A DNA stretch of 51,854 nucleotides. Source: Bilabrum cf. latius (taxonomy: Eukaryota). The stretch covers positions 1 through 51,854 of the forward strand of contig CBCXTV010000008.1 in NCBI GenBank assembly GCA_965178125.1, written 5' to 3'. Positions 13,180-25,443 of the stretch are shown piece by piece. Numbering within the stretch: position 1 is the first letter of the stretch; every line of letters starts with the position of its first letter. Below the pieces are notes generated by a model. The model searched no databases. It saw only the letters and a list, made by a program, of their open reading frames with translations, and was not told the origin of the DNA. The position numbers were made by a program, and so were the translations under genes.

Positions 13180-14880
13180 TCAAGGTATGCAACAAATCGC
13201 GAGACACGGCCCCCTTGGTGAGGCCGTCGGCTGTCATGTCGCGCGTGTCAAGCCAGACCATCGAGGACAAGACACGATGGTCCAAGAGCTCGCGCAAGTA
13301 TTGAACATGCACGAACAGCGATTTGTCTGCAGGAATCTTCACGGTGCTGGCTGTGACAGCTGCATACACCGACTTGGCATCAACGTACAAAGACATGGGG
13401 ACAAATCCTCCGCCCTCGCGTCGCGCGCGCGCACTCTCTGCTGTCATGGGCCCGATCTCAACTTCACACAGCATTTGGGCGACCAGAATGCCTTGGTCAA
13501 CCGCGTCGCCCGCCGAGAGGAGCTCGGCGGCGAACGTGCTGCGCGTGACGTGCCTTTGAGAACGGCATGCCCACTCAATGACGTGTGCTGGGGCTGTTCT
13601 GGTGAAGGAAGCAAGTTGGCTGGTGGGGTTCAGCCGATCGGCATCCCCATCACCAGCCCGTCCGGCATCTTGCAACTTTGCCTCGCCACTCGTCTCGCAC
13701 CTGAGGAACAAAGCACCACGGAGGCTGTAGCCATCCTCCGGCTCCTTCTTGAATGCAGCGTCCGACACAACACGCAGGTGTGGGACGCTCGTCCTATCAA
13801 ATGGCGCGAAGTGGAGCTTCTTGGGGTTGCGCTGCACCCATCGGAGCACCCGGTTGAGCTTGCGTGCATGCTCCACACGTGGCTTGGCAACATTGCGCTG
13901 GAGAGCGCAGATGAACACAAGAATGTCCACACGGGTGTGCGCCAAATATGCCAACGCGCCCAACAGAGATCGGTATAGGGCATGCAGCTCCGTTCCGACC
14001 TCGTCGTCGTCTGCTCCGGACGAGACCTGTGGATGCGCGATGGGCTTCAACGTGTTCGCAAAGTGGATTTGGTCCAACGTGACCGCTAGGGTCTTGGAGC
14101 ATTGAACATGGCGCACGCCGCAATTGGTGAACTCGTACTTGTTCACCTTGAGTTCGCCAAAGACCTTCTGAATCTCGGTCAAGACCGTCTGGACAACCGC
14201 AGGGTCCCCAGCGAACTTTAGGTCATCAACATGTTTGGTCATTATCAACTTCAGATCCCCCTGGTTGTCATGGTAGTAGCACAGCTCTTGGTCAACCGTG
14301 CTCGGCTGCAAGCCGCACTTGTCCCTCGTGACCATCTGTAGCTTGAGAGAGAAGGCGCGGGGTGCGTCAACCAGCCCCGTGCCCGGCTTGTCACAGTGCA
14401 GCACCTCTGTGCGGGGATCGAAGGTCTCGAAGCCTGGAATCTGTCGGAGTTGGGACATGTTGTATGCCGGAAGGTAGAAGTTGACCTCGCGTGCTGGTTC
14501 CCCCGTGAGCTTGGCAAGCTCCTCATAGGTGACGCCCTGGAGAAATGCCTTAGAGATATCGGCAGCACAGAGAACCCATCCGCGAAGAACGGCCTCAGAC
14601 ACAATGAGCTTCTGAGGAGCCCCTAGTCGATGTCCCGGCATAACGATCGATGTCCCACTTGTCGGCGTCCTTGAAACCACGTACGGTGAGTCGAGCTCGT
14701 ATCGTCCTCTTCGCGGTGGCTGACGAGTTCTGGAAGCCATAGCCTTCGTTGCGTCGACGGTCTGCTCCTCATACTTGAATTTGAACACCCAACGCGTATC
14801 GATCACGTTCCAAGCTTCCGTCTTCGGCTTGCGGCTGAAGCACTGCAACTTCGCCCAGGTCTGGAGCTCCTTGAGCATGG
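13180..14880 (-). CDS. Copia reverse transcriptase and RNase H domains (copy 1)
   Basis: ELQTW...IDTRWVFKFK, ADISKAFLQG, KPGTGLVDAPRAF, IMTKHVDDLKFAG, YRSLLGALAY, SDAAF, TRSTFAAE, DGLTKG. Confidence 0.93.
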
Positions 14881-16289
14881 CCCCCTCAATCTCCGGCCAG
14901 TGTTCATTGACCTGCTGAGGGGAGAGAACGTCGTCGTCCCGCTGCACCACGGCGCGCCTGGTGTTGTTGGTCTCCACCTTCAGCACCAGCTGTTCGTCAG
15001 ACTTGAGGACCCGGCCATCGGTCCACATGAGGTTCGCCGTGGGATACGGAACGATGAGCTCCACACTGTCGTCGAGCTTCTCGGGTGCATGAAGCATCGA
15101 GGCCGTATGGCCGAGGACATTGAGCTCGAGAAAGAGTTCCAGCGGGAGTCGATCTTCAGGTTGGAAAGAACTGTGAGGATCTGCCGGCTTCAGCCGATCG
15201 GCATCCACACGACAGTCCTCACACCTCGCTTCCGAGGTTTCGCCCGCCGAACCCGTAAGGAGCACCGTCGCGAGAACCTGCTGCATCGCAGGATCTTCGT
15301 GAATGAAGAACTCAGAGAGAAGAGACTGCCTGGTCCCGTCGCTGTCGCCGAGGTCACTGCTGCGCTCCTCTAGAATGGTCGACAACCTTTGCACGCTGTC
15401 AGTGGCCATCGACGCTGCGTCCGACGGGACGACACCGTTGTGTTGTGCCTGCTGCTCGACGAGATCCACGGACTCCGCGTTGCAGTAGAACTGGATCACG
15501 CAATACTTGGCCCAGCATGAGCCCACTGCTGCCTGCACGGAGAATCGAGGGATATGGCCGGCGTGATCTGCGACTTGTTCATGGAAGACATACGGTCCGC
15601 CGCCGCGTGGCCACATCATGCTGACGCACAGCTCATGCCCATGCGTTCCTCCGATGTAGCGTACGCCAACGCCGGCCTTCACCGCAACGACATTGTCGAG
15701 CTGGAGATGGTTTCCGCCAAAGAACCGAGCCGCGCACAGGAACTCCGCCCTGAACTGCGATGAGAGCGGGCTCGCGGTCCTGCGCCAGCCACTTGGCGTC
15801 TTCTCCGGGCCCAAGTTGATGGTGGTCCCTTCATTGATCTGATTTACCATTCGCACCACGGTCGACCACACGGTCCGATGCACGGGGCCCCGAAAGTGCC
15901 GGCACTTATATTGCACAACGTAGCGTAGGAAAGATGGCGCCTAACATGACGTATTGCCACCTCATACAATCCTCGCAACCAACGTAGCGTGATCATGCCC
16001 CGGGACAGGTTGGTGAGGTCGACCACGGTGGCTGGGCCGTACCATCCAGAGACGTCCTTGGTCGATGGTTCCCGGTAGAAGTCAACCTCGTCGCCCAACT
16101 GAAGATGGAGCTGCTCTCCCGCAATTGTAGTGCGAGTGCCAAGTGCTCGGTTGATCCTTGCCTGGGCCGACCCCTCGACAACGGCCTGAACGGCCAGCTC
16201 TCGTAGACGGTGTGTGCTCAAGAGGTCGGGGATCCTGGTCGCACCATCTGGATAGTCGATCTGGTCGGCACTGGGCAAGATATGCGGCA

Positions 16290-16930
16290 CTCGGCCATAG
16301 ACGGCATTGTACGGGGTTGAGCCATTGACGGTGAGGAGTGCATTGCCTGCGAAGACTGCCTCTGCGAGCACCCGTTCGAACGGAACGCTCAATCCGTCGA
16401 CGTTGCACTGCGTCACAAGTCGGTGCACGCAGTCTCGGAAAATGGCGCCCCGGCGCTCAATGTACCTCGCGTGCGTATCCTTGGGGCGCACCACCAAGCG
16501 CACACCATGGTGGTTCAAGAAGAGCTTCGCATCGTCGCTGCCTGAGATGCCTCCCTCGCCGTCCATGATAAGCTCCTTCGGAGGGCCGTGTGTCTGGAAC
16601 CAGAGACGGGAAATGCCGTTGGTCAACGTGGCTGCCTCCTTGTTCGGGATCACCTCGGCCGCATGCCACCTCGTGCAGCGGTCGAGCATGTGAAGAATGG
16701 TGTGCCCGGACATGAAGATCAGGTCGCACTCGACCTGCTCATTGAACCGATCAGGAATGGCTGCATTGCTCGCACTCGTTGGCCCTGGCCTGCTCCACTC
16801 ACGGCACACTGTGCACGAGTGCACGATACTAGGCACCAAGTCAAGTACCTTCTGCGGGACTCCTGCTCGGTGGAGCATACGCGTGAGCGTCTGAGCCGAG
16901 GCGTGCCACCATCTGACATGCAGCTTGCGC
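16290..16930 (-). CDS. Integrase HHCC and DDE core (copy 1)
   Basis: LHVRWWH...CTVC; FNEQVECDLIF; PKELIMDGEGG; HARYIERRG. Confidence 0.92.
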
Positions 16931-19900
16931 AAGACACGGCGAATGACTGCTTCATTGTTCGTGCGGAGAGCCCGGACCGAATTGCCAATGTCGAAGTGAG
17001 TCCAGTCCGGCTGCGGCGCCTCGCCGACGGCGGCATCAGCGTAGCGCGGCCTTGGAGCACGTCGTGGCCCACCCTGGCCTCGTCCGTCGACTGCATCGTC
17101 TGGCGCTTCCACCACATCCGGAGGCGGTGGCGGCGCCGGCCTATACTCCGCTGGTCCAGAGCTACGAGTAACTGTATCGGGCGAAGCGGCTTCAGCCGAT
17201 CGGCATCCACGCACTTCGCCCTGCTGCGCACGGTCTGCTGCTGCCACACGCTCTTCATCAGCCGTGCCCATGGGGCGGCCGTCGGGATCGATTGGAGCGA
17301 GCCTCGCCGTTGGCTCACTCGTGTCAGGAGGAACTGGGTCATGTGGACGGTCGCCTCGGGCAGCACGGGTGACTGGCACATAGCCAGAGGCAAATCGACA
17401 CTCCCCAAAACGTAGCGTGTGGGCAGGATCGCTCCGTTGGCATCTGTCTCGGCATGCCTGACACCCTGGGTAGAACGGAACAACATGGGGCCAAGCACAC
17501 TGGCCCACAATGCGGTTGTGCCCCGGGTCGTCCATGGCGATGTTGCGCTGGCATGCTGGACAAAGGCAGGCCTCGTTGCCAGGGGGCACACGTCGATCTC
17601 GAACTGGCTTCTGTCGCTGTCCCTGCGGTCGGGGCGTCAGCTGTGGCCCTGCGCGTGGCACTGCCCCTGAGCCAGAGCTGGAAGAAGACGACCCGACTGG
17701 GTACACGACACTGCCTGCATTGATCTGTTGCTCGAAACCGACTTCGACTGGGTAGCGCCCGACAAGTAGCGCAAGGTCGCTGCCCAACGATACGAGGTCG
17801 TCGCCACAGTCGTCGAAGTGGTCCTCGATGATCTTCGCCCGCTTCTTGGCAACATGGGGGTTGCCCGCCTCTTTCTGCATCTTGCGTCGCTCCTTCTCCT
17901 TCTGCTTCGCCTCTGTTGGGAACGCCAAGACTCCTCGGTCGCACTGCTGTTGTGGTCGGCTGCTGCTGTGGTCTGCTTCTGGGGCATGAGAGATCTGTGA
18001 TTCGCGTCCGCCCGAAGGCGGCTCCGTCGTGTTCATGTCCAATCGTCGATGGTACTTGTTGGATGATCTGCTGGGTCCGCCCGCGGGCGGGCCCGAACTG
18101 CTGAGTCTGGTGTGTCCTGGGACGCCCTGATCCCGACCGCCAGACACGCGTACCTGAGCACCCAGAAGGATCAACAGGGCAACCGCAAGTAGCACAAAGA
18201 TGCGACGGAAGAGGCCACACGTCGTCCCTCTCGTCGGAATGGAGTCACTGTCCGTGTCGTCTGGGAGGTGACATGTGCTGGCGACGTACACTTGCCGGTT
18301 GTCGCCGCTGTCGGGGACGAAAGTGCGAATGCCTCGGCGAACGAAGCGGAAGATGTCCGTGCCATGCATCTTGTTCCAAATGTCGAGCCAGGTATGTCGC
18401 TAGGTCTGCCGCTTGCCATCGGGCACCGAGAACACGGTAACGCTCGTGCCAGAGTTGATGGCAGGCATGACAAGGCTCTTCAGCGTGTGCTCGAACCCCG
18501 GGTTCATCTGTGGGGGCACCTCAACGAGCAGCTGCTTGCCCTGCCACGGAAGGTGGTCCTTGTTTCGGGCGCGCATCGCATCGGACAAGCGATGCAAGGC
18601 GCATCCGCTCAACCCGTGGTCCTTGCAGATGCTCAACTTCTGGCGACTGCCAATTACATGCGCGGTTCCCGCCACAAAGAATGCATTTAACCCTGAGGCA
18701 TTGAACACACCGCACGGATAGGCTGCGCAAGGTTTGTCAAAAGGGACCCCACCAGCTGCAGCCGATCGGCATCCACATGGTGGGGCCTGCACTCCCTCTG
18801 GCTGACTGGCAAAGTCCGCTCCCATGGTCTCGAGATGAACCGGAAGGATCGGGGGCGCCGGCGGTGCCGGGGACTTCGGCATGGTCGGCGCAACGGTGCG
18901 GAATGACACCACCTTGTTCCCGGGCTGCTCGGCCAAGGTTGGTTGCTCGCTGCTCTCCTGTGTCAGCAAGCTGATCTTCCTCGCCGCGAGGTTCTTCTCG
19001 CCGAAGTTGCTGCAGGGGAGCAGCAAGTGCCCGCTGGGTGACGTCTCAAGCTTGAAGCTCTCGGTGCCAGAAGGTAGCGCCTTTGTCAAGTCGTAGTCCC
19101 CTTCGCCGCAGAGGTACATGCGCATGTCCTGAAGGTCAAGGATCGCGCGAGCATTGCGCATGGTGGCCAGGCCCAAGAGACCTGGCAACTCCGAGTTCGG
19201 CACGATCGGAGTGATGAAATCGCCCAGGATGGCGTCGGCCCGTGTGTCGGACTTGAGCACGATGGGTAGGCGCACGTCCTTCTTGCACCACTGCGACCCG
19301 TGGCCGACCCCCGAGACACGGAGGGGCTTCGGCCTGGTGTACTCTGACGGGCGATATCCATGGTCAATCGCCTGAAGTCCGAGCTTCCGAGCCCATTGAT
19401 CACCGCAAAGGTTGCCCACGGAACCCGGGTCAATGAGGAGGGCGCTGCTGCCGTCAAGCGGTCTTGTGTTCATGTGGTAGTAGTCGCCAGCTCCATTGAC
19501 CCGCAGCGGTGCATCCTGGTAATGCATGTTCTCGTATGTCGTGTAATGGGTAGCCCCTTCCACCTCCGTCGTCACGTCGGTGGTCGTCTTTGGTTCCTTC
19601 GGCGTCGTCGTCACTTCGTCTTCCTCGGCACTCGAACTGAGCTCTGGGTCCACCTGCAACCACTGGAGCTCTGGCTTGGACATCGCGTACTGCCGGAAGG
19701 CCTGCTTGACCTTCGGAGCCCAAGCGGCAATCGGAGTGCTTAGGAGGCCGTCGACACGGTGAGAACTCGACTCCTTGGTGCCCGGCGGGTGGACGGCCCA
19801 CAGCACTGGAGCCTTCGCAAGGCCATCGCGAGAGTTCCCTTCGGCGTCAACGTAGGTCTTGACGTAGATGGCCTCGGTGCATTTCGGGCAGGTCAGCTGG

Positions 19901-22900
19901 TGGAACAGAGACTCGCATGCATCGGAGTCCTGAAGGTGTTTGTCGTAGTCGGCTAGGGCCTGCTCGAACTTGGCCCGGAAGACGCTGTGCTCCTGGTACT
20001 CGTAATCGCCGTAGCACTTGGCATGCATACGGCACCCGCACGAGAGAACCACCGTGTTGGACTCGGCAGACTCGACGTGGCCATCGTCGTGTTTCACCTC
20101 GTACCACGGCTTCTGGCAGACGGCGCAAGAGTCGTGGCTGCGGTCGCGAGGCTGCTCCTGCTCGCCAGCAGGCGGCCCCGCCGAACTGCCGGCAACGACA
20201 TCATCACATTGAGGTGCTGCCGGTGCGGTCGTCGCGGGCGCGTCGTCCCTGCGGGGTGTTGCTCGCCTAACCTGCAAGGGGTCCTCAACCGGTGTGTCAG
20301 GGGCGGCGCGCTTTTCCACGGACGACTCGCGGGGTTGCGACGTCGAACGCTCGGATGAACTGGGGCTGCGAGAGGTACGCCCTAGGCGTCGTATCCCCTG
20401 CTTCTCGATCGACTTCTGAACGTATGGCTTCCGACCCCTGCGTCGCAAAACTGGCGCCCGCGCAGACCCGAGGTTCTTGGCGGGCGCAGACGACGTCGCC
20501 GGAGGTGTTGGCTGAGTCAACTCGGCTGCCGCCCGGAACGGGGCGGCCAAGTCGAAAGACACGTCGTGCATCGAAACGTCCTGGCCCGCCGGCAAGGGGG
20601 CCAGGCTTGGGTACGTGATCGGCGTCTCGTCGAGCATGACTGCGCTCCCAATGCCTGAGGCTGGCGCCGACGGCGGCGCGGCTGGAGGCGGTCGGAGCTG
20701 CGGTCTCCACTCGGCATAGCCTGCAATGCCTTGGGCACTCGCAACGGGTGTAGAAGGCGCAATTGATCGACTCTGCGTAGTGCTGCTTCCCAGGGCGCTC
20801 TGCGCCACACTGATCACATTGAGCGCCACGTTCGTCAAAGCGCCCCATGCCTGACCACCAACCGTGTGAATTGCAGATTGGCTGGCGGGGTTCAGCCGAT
20901 CGGCATCCCCACCACCAGCCTGTCCGGCATCCGCATCGTTCACTGGCATCGTCTGGCCAACAAATGTGCCATACATTGAACGGCTCGGCACCGGCTGTGT
21001 CCGCTGCGTACTTCCACTGCTGGCCGAGTTCCTGTCTGGCGTGAACGACATGGGTACGCCGGTGGTGAACACTGGGACGCCCTTGGTGTTGGGGTTGCCC
21101 ACGTAGTTTGCGGTCGGCGGCTGAGTGCTTCCTGCTAGCCCTGTGTTCGGCGGTCTCGGGGCCGGCGTAGGCTGCGTCGGCCGAAGGCTGGCGTCGATCA
21201 GGTCCTGGTACATCGTCGACGGACTTGGGACCGGCGCCGGCTGCGTCGGCCGAAGACTGGCATTGATCAAGTCCTGGTATGCTGAGCCCACTGCGGCACC
21301 TGTGACCTGCATGGAGGCCTGCACGAGGGTGTGCTCGTAGAGCTCTTTGCCGATCTTGTCCCGCCAGCATTGACCCATCTCAGCAACATAGTCGCGGGGC
21401 TGCCGCGGCCCCTCGCGTTGCTCTGCTCCTTGCTGTTGCCGCAGGAGGTCCCGGTTCGATCGGATCACTTCGGCGAGATGATAGCTGCCGGGCCGAGCAG
21501 TCAAATGGTCGGCATCTCGGTAGAACTGGGGGGCGAAGTGTTCCTTCTTCTGCTTCGTGTGCTTGAAGAGCTCCACCACTGTGTCGCTCACTCGGTCGGC
21601 TGCTCGATCGGTGCTGGCGACCAGGTGTCCTCCGCCATCGTCGCGCTGGCAGTAGCCCTGTTGTCGCTGGTAGCCGTCCAAGCGCTTCTTCTCGTAAAGA
21701 GTCGGCAGTGGGGCAGCTCCTGGTTCATGGTCAACGACTGGTACTTCTTGTCCCAGGTGTACATGTCCTTCTCTTCAAACTTGTTGGTGCCACTGTCGCC
21801 ATCAGCGTACGACGGCTGCTGGCTGCTCGCGCTCGCGGGGAGGTAACCTGCCCTCACCAGACCCGGACCGGAGCCACTAGTGCTCGTGTGACTGGTGTGT
21901 GAGGCGGCTGCGTCGTCGCTGTACTGGGGGTTCGTCATGAAAACCTGGCGATAGTCACCGGACCCAGGGAATTGGTTCTACCTGGGAGTGGAAGAGGACT
22001 GTGGAATGTCCATCCACCACTTGGGCACGCGCAAGCTCTTCGTCGTTCCAGAGAGCGTCGGACGTGTCGACCGGCCTCGTCATGTGTGCGTTGACCATGA
22101 AGCCCTGGAACATCGGATTCCGCTCGGCGGGCCCTTGCGAGAAGGAAGATGCTGCACCTGGTCCCATCTGCCATTGCGACCACGAGTTCCCACCATAGTG
22201 GACAAGCTGATCGTTTCCGGATTTCCCTCCTTTCCCACCGCCCTTCTGAGGGCAGAGGAGCGGCGGCAAAGTGCTCCTCGGATCCGCAGATGCGACACGT
22301 CATCACCTTTCCATCTGATCCGACGGGATTCCGCATTCGTCCGAAACCACCTGCTGAGGAGACCTTGCCCTTTCCTTTTCCTTTTCCCTTCCCTTTGTTG
22401 AACAGGAAGGTGTTGAAGTCGTGCATGTCCTGGGGATCGCTGGCATCGGCTAGATATTGGTGGTGGCGCCGAGTGAAGGGCTTTCCCTGGTAGGGCCGTC
22501 TTTTCTAGAAGTGTCCGGCCTGGTCGCGACGAAATTTGAAGAAGCGGAAGGCCCTGCGGAACCGTCTGGTCGGGCGCCGCATCGTGCGGCGCCAATCTCG
22601 CTTGGCCTTTCGGTACTGGAAGTAGATCTGCTCGTCGCGCGTCTCGGCCTGACTGGGGTCGATGTCGTCCTCGCCGTAGTCAGAGGAGGTGGCCGACGAG
22701 GACTCGGCATCTGACTCATACAGCTCCCCATGGGTCATCAGGACGATCATATTGTCCTCGCCTTGCAGCGAGGTCGGAGCTCCCTTCGACTCGGCGACCG
22801 GAAAGACTGTTGCATATGAAGGCTGAGCGGCACAAGCTGACGAAGCGGCTTCAGCCGATCGGCATCCACACGCTCCGTCTTGCACATTGACCGGATTCCA

Positions 22901-24001
22901 TGCCATAGGGGTCGGCCCCTGATAGAAGCTAGGCACGCATGCCTTGGCTCCCTTGTCCGGCTTGCTGTCCTCATGCATGTGGGGCTGCTCCGCCTGGAAG
23001 TAGCGGGGCGCGTCATGGCGCGCCGGTCGAGCTCGGCTCCGTCCATCGGGGAAGGTCTCAGTGATGCCGACGAGGGGGTTGGACGCGTTCTGGTCCTGCA
23101 GGGAGGGGCATAGGACTTGATATCATTGACCATGTCCGTATAGCCAACCTGCGTCGTGGGCAAGACATGGTCCGGAAGGCGTCTCGTGATCTCCCACAAA
23201 GCGTGCTGCGGGAGCCCACTCAGTCGGACCATCTGGTGGCAGTGGTGACGCCACGGAAAGAACTCCTTCCCTTCTTCGAGCTGTCGTGTCCGGAGATACT
23301 CATAGCGATCGTGCATGTGTTCAAACGTCTCCGTCGGGTACCGCTCGAACCGGTGAAGCTCGTCGTCGATAGCGGCCTGATCGTCGGCCGCCCTGGGCGC
23401 ATACTTCTCCACGAGATCGGAGATGATCATCGACACAGGGTCCTGGACGTGGCCGGTCGCCTCATTCGTGCGGCCACGGACAAGGTCGGTCACCCTCCAT
23501 CGCTGTCGTAGGAGAGCGGCACTGCCCTGCAGACCGTTGGCGATGATGTTGCCTATCTCGTGGTGCTGGTATCGAGTGACACTGAGCCATAGCGCCTGCA
23601 GGTCCTCGATGTATTCCCGCAAGGTGTAGCCGCGATCGGCGGGGTTCCAAGAGGGCGGCGCCGTCAGGTTGCCCAACGTGATCGTGCGCGCTTGCATGTA
23701 CGGGATCGCGTAGGAGACGACGGAGAGGATTGCTGCAAGCACCATCGCGTGAGCCATCCCCAACATGTAGTGCACACGGCTGTGGATACCGTCGGAGGGC
23801 TGGGTACGCTGCTGCGCCATCGGGGTGATTTCCGACGTCCGGTCTGTCGTGCGGCTCGCCTCCGTCACGTCTGTCACCGATTGTTTCATTGAACCGTCAT
23901 CGTCAAGGCTGCCGCCGGGTGGTGAGTTCGGCGGCTCAGGCGTCTCCGAGGTCGGAGACGTAGGAGTGGATCGGTAGGACAGAAAGTCCTGCAACCACGC
24001 T

Positions 24002-24013
24002 GCTCCGCTACCA
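24002..24013 (-). promoter_or_regulatory. Primer-binding site, initiator-Met-type tRNA (TGGTAGCGGAGC)
   Basis: Starts TGG immediately after the 5' LTR and resembles the iMet PBS TGGTAGCAGAG. Identical in copy 2. Confidence 0.85.
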
Positions 24014-24289
24014 GGTCGAGAGACACCCGCCTGGCTTACGGGATCGTGCGCTCTTGAGCCCAAGTAGTACATCAAGACGATCTGCATGACCATACGGCGG
24101 ACTGCCATGGCTGCTGTGCAAGGGAGGTGAAGCTTTTGCTGGGTGAGCGCAAGGTGTTCGCAAGTCAGAAAGGCGTCTCGGGGTGCGCTATACAAACGTC
24201 AAAAGGAAAGACAAAGAGTCAAATGGCTTGCTGCAGCATTAGCCTGAGCCGTAGCTGCGAACAAGTCAATGGACAGTTGCACTGCGAGT
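24014..24289 (-). repeat. 5' LTR of copy 1 (276 bp)
   Basis: Direct repeat of 4343-4618, followed by the PBS. Confidence 0.95.
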
Positions 24290-25243
24290 GGCGTCGCACT
24301 CTGGGGCGCCGGCCTGGGAGGGACCCGCATATTCGGGTCAGGCATGCGAGGTGGACTCGCACGGGGCGGGCTAGGCTGCCGGGGAATTCCGGCGGAGTCC
24401 CGCCTTCCCGCCTCAAGGGCGCGGGTCGGCGAATTCAGGGGCGGGCGAGCCCCACGTGCATCGTGCATACCTTGCAACTGTGCCCGCAGGTCTTGTTCTC
24501 CACGGATCCGAGCTGCCGTCTCGGCCTCTACGAGGGCGGTAAGGCGATCCAAGCTGTCGGAGTTCGCCTGGACCTGAGTCCGAAGCTCCCTTGCGGAGAC
24601 CTCAACCGAATGACGCAATTTACGTCCGAATTCGCGAAAAAAGACCATGCATCTCAGAGCGAGTGGGGATGGCTTCTTGAGGATCCGAATTCGCGCTGGG
24701 ATCTGAGGCGCATTCTCCGAATTCTTTGGCCTCTCAGGCATCCCTGGAGGTACGCGAAAACATGCTTCCTGATCGAGGGCCATTGGGGCTGGTACCGAAT
24801 TCTCCGAATTCCCCGAGGACACTTCATGCACAAGGTAGGGAACACGCAGGCCGGCGTCGCCATATTTTCGGCTGCGCGCGGCTGGCGACCCTTCGCTTGT
24901 GTCGCCGCCGGTGACCCGCTTCCGTGTGCCAAGAGCGGGCAGGCGGTCCGGCGTCGACGGCGCCGGGCGCCTCGGTGACGCGGGCGGCGTTGCGATGAGG
25001 TGCTCCTCCGCCTGCCCCGGCCCATGCAAGCGAGGAGTGACGTCGCCGGCGTCGGCACCCAAGCCCTCGCCAAGCAGCGTCGCCACATCAATGGGAGGCG
25101 GATCAGCATACAACCTCCAGTCGTGCAAGAGCTGCTGAGTCTGCGAATCAGAGTCTGCTGTGGGGTGGGCTGGGTCATGCTGCTGCTGAGATTCGGAATC
25201 TGCGGGCGGGCGCAACGGCATGGCGTGTAGCTGCGGCTGGGCA
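24290..25243 (-). CDS. Open frame of unknown function (Pro-rich plus short coiled coil), cut by the LTR and by the gap
   Basis: Part of ORF 24199-25569, open from the gap to the LTR edge. No recognisable domain. Confidence 0.3.
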
Positions 25244-25443
25244 NNNNNNNNNNNNNNNNNNNNNNNNNNNNNNNNNNNNNNNNNNNNNNNNNNNNNNNNN
25301 NNNNNNNNNNNNNNNNNNNNNNNNNNNNNNNNNNNNNNNNNNNNNNNNNNNNNNNNNNNNNNNNNNNNNNNNNNNNNNNNNNNNNNNNNNNNNNNNNNNN
25401 NNNNNNNNNNNNNNNNNNNNNNNNNNNNNNNNNNNNNNNNNNN
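25244..25443. other. Assembly gap (200 N)
   Basis: Run of exactly 200 n. Confidence 1.

Larger units (their letters stand above)
4848..22880 (-). repeat. 13 dispersed stem-loop repeats in copy 1 (head TGYGGATGCCGATCGGCTGAAGC)
   Basis: Cores at about 4855, 5035, 8101, 8717, 10311, 12738, 13044, 13626, 15186, 17188, 18754, 20888 and 22847, all in element-sense orientation, each flanked by its own inverted repeat. Confidence 0.95.
12842..23889 (-). pseudogene. gag-pol polyprotein of copy 1 (frameshifts, one TAG at 18400)
   Basis: Gag PPSWNP...LREYIED, knuckle CRICGSEEHFAA; protease LLIDPGS...PGLLG; integrase HVRWWH...CTVC, VECDL, IMDGE, YIERR; RT ADISKAFLQG, KHVDD; RNase H VSDAAF, STFAAE, VDAKS, MTADGLTK. 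Confidence 0.92.
4343..24289 (-). mobile_element. ~19.9 kb Ty1/copia LTR retrotransposon, copy 1
   Basis: Bounded by 276-bp direct repeats, PBS next to the 5' LTR, domain order gag(CCHC)-PR-INT-RT-RH plus a long downstream ORF. Colinear with 30684-50667 in inverted orientation. Confidence 0.95.

Noticed and set aside
18398-18403. In-frame TAG as programmed readthrough between gag-PR and INT
   Set aside because: Copy 2 has CAG here with an open frame, so it is best read as a nonsense mutation.
5000-19743. Long antisense ORFs such as 5000-5875, 7128-8147, 11959-12933 and 13154-13978
   Set aside because: Shadow frames expected opposite GC3-rich coding sequence; no motifs recognised.
4848-22880. 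Dispersed repeat as a CRISPR array, cyanobacterial HIP1 or DNA uptake sequence
   Set aside because: Spacing is 0.2-3 kb of coding sequence, there are no cas genes, it is strand-specific and confined to the retroelement, and the core is GCCGATCGGC rather than GCGATCGC.
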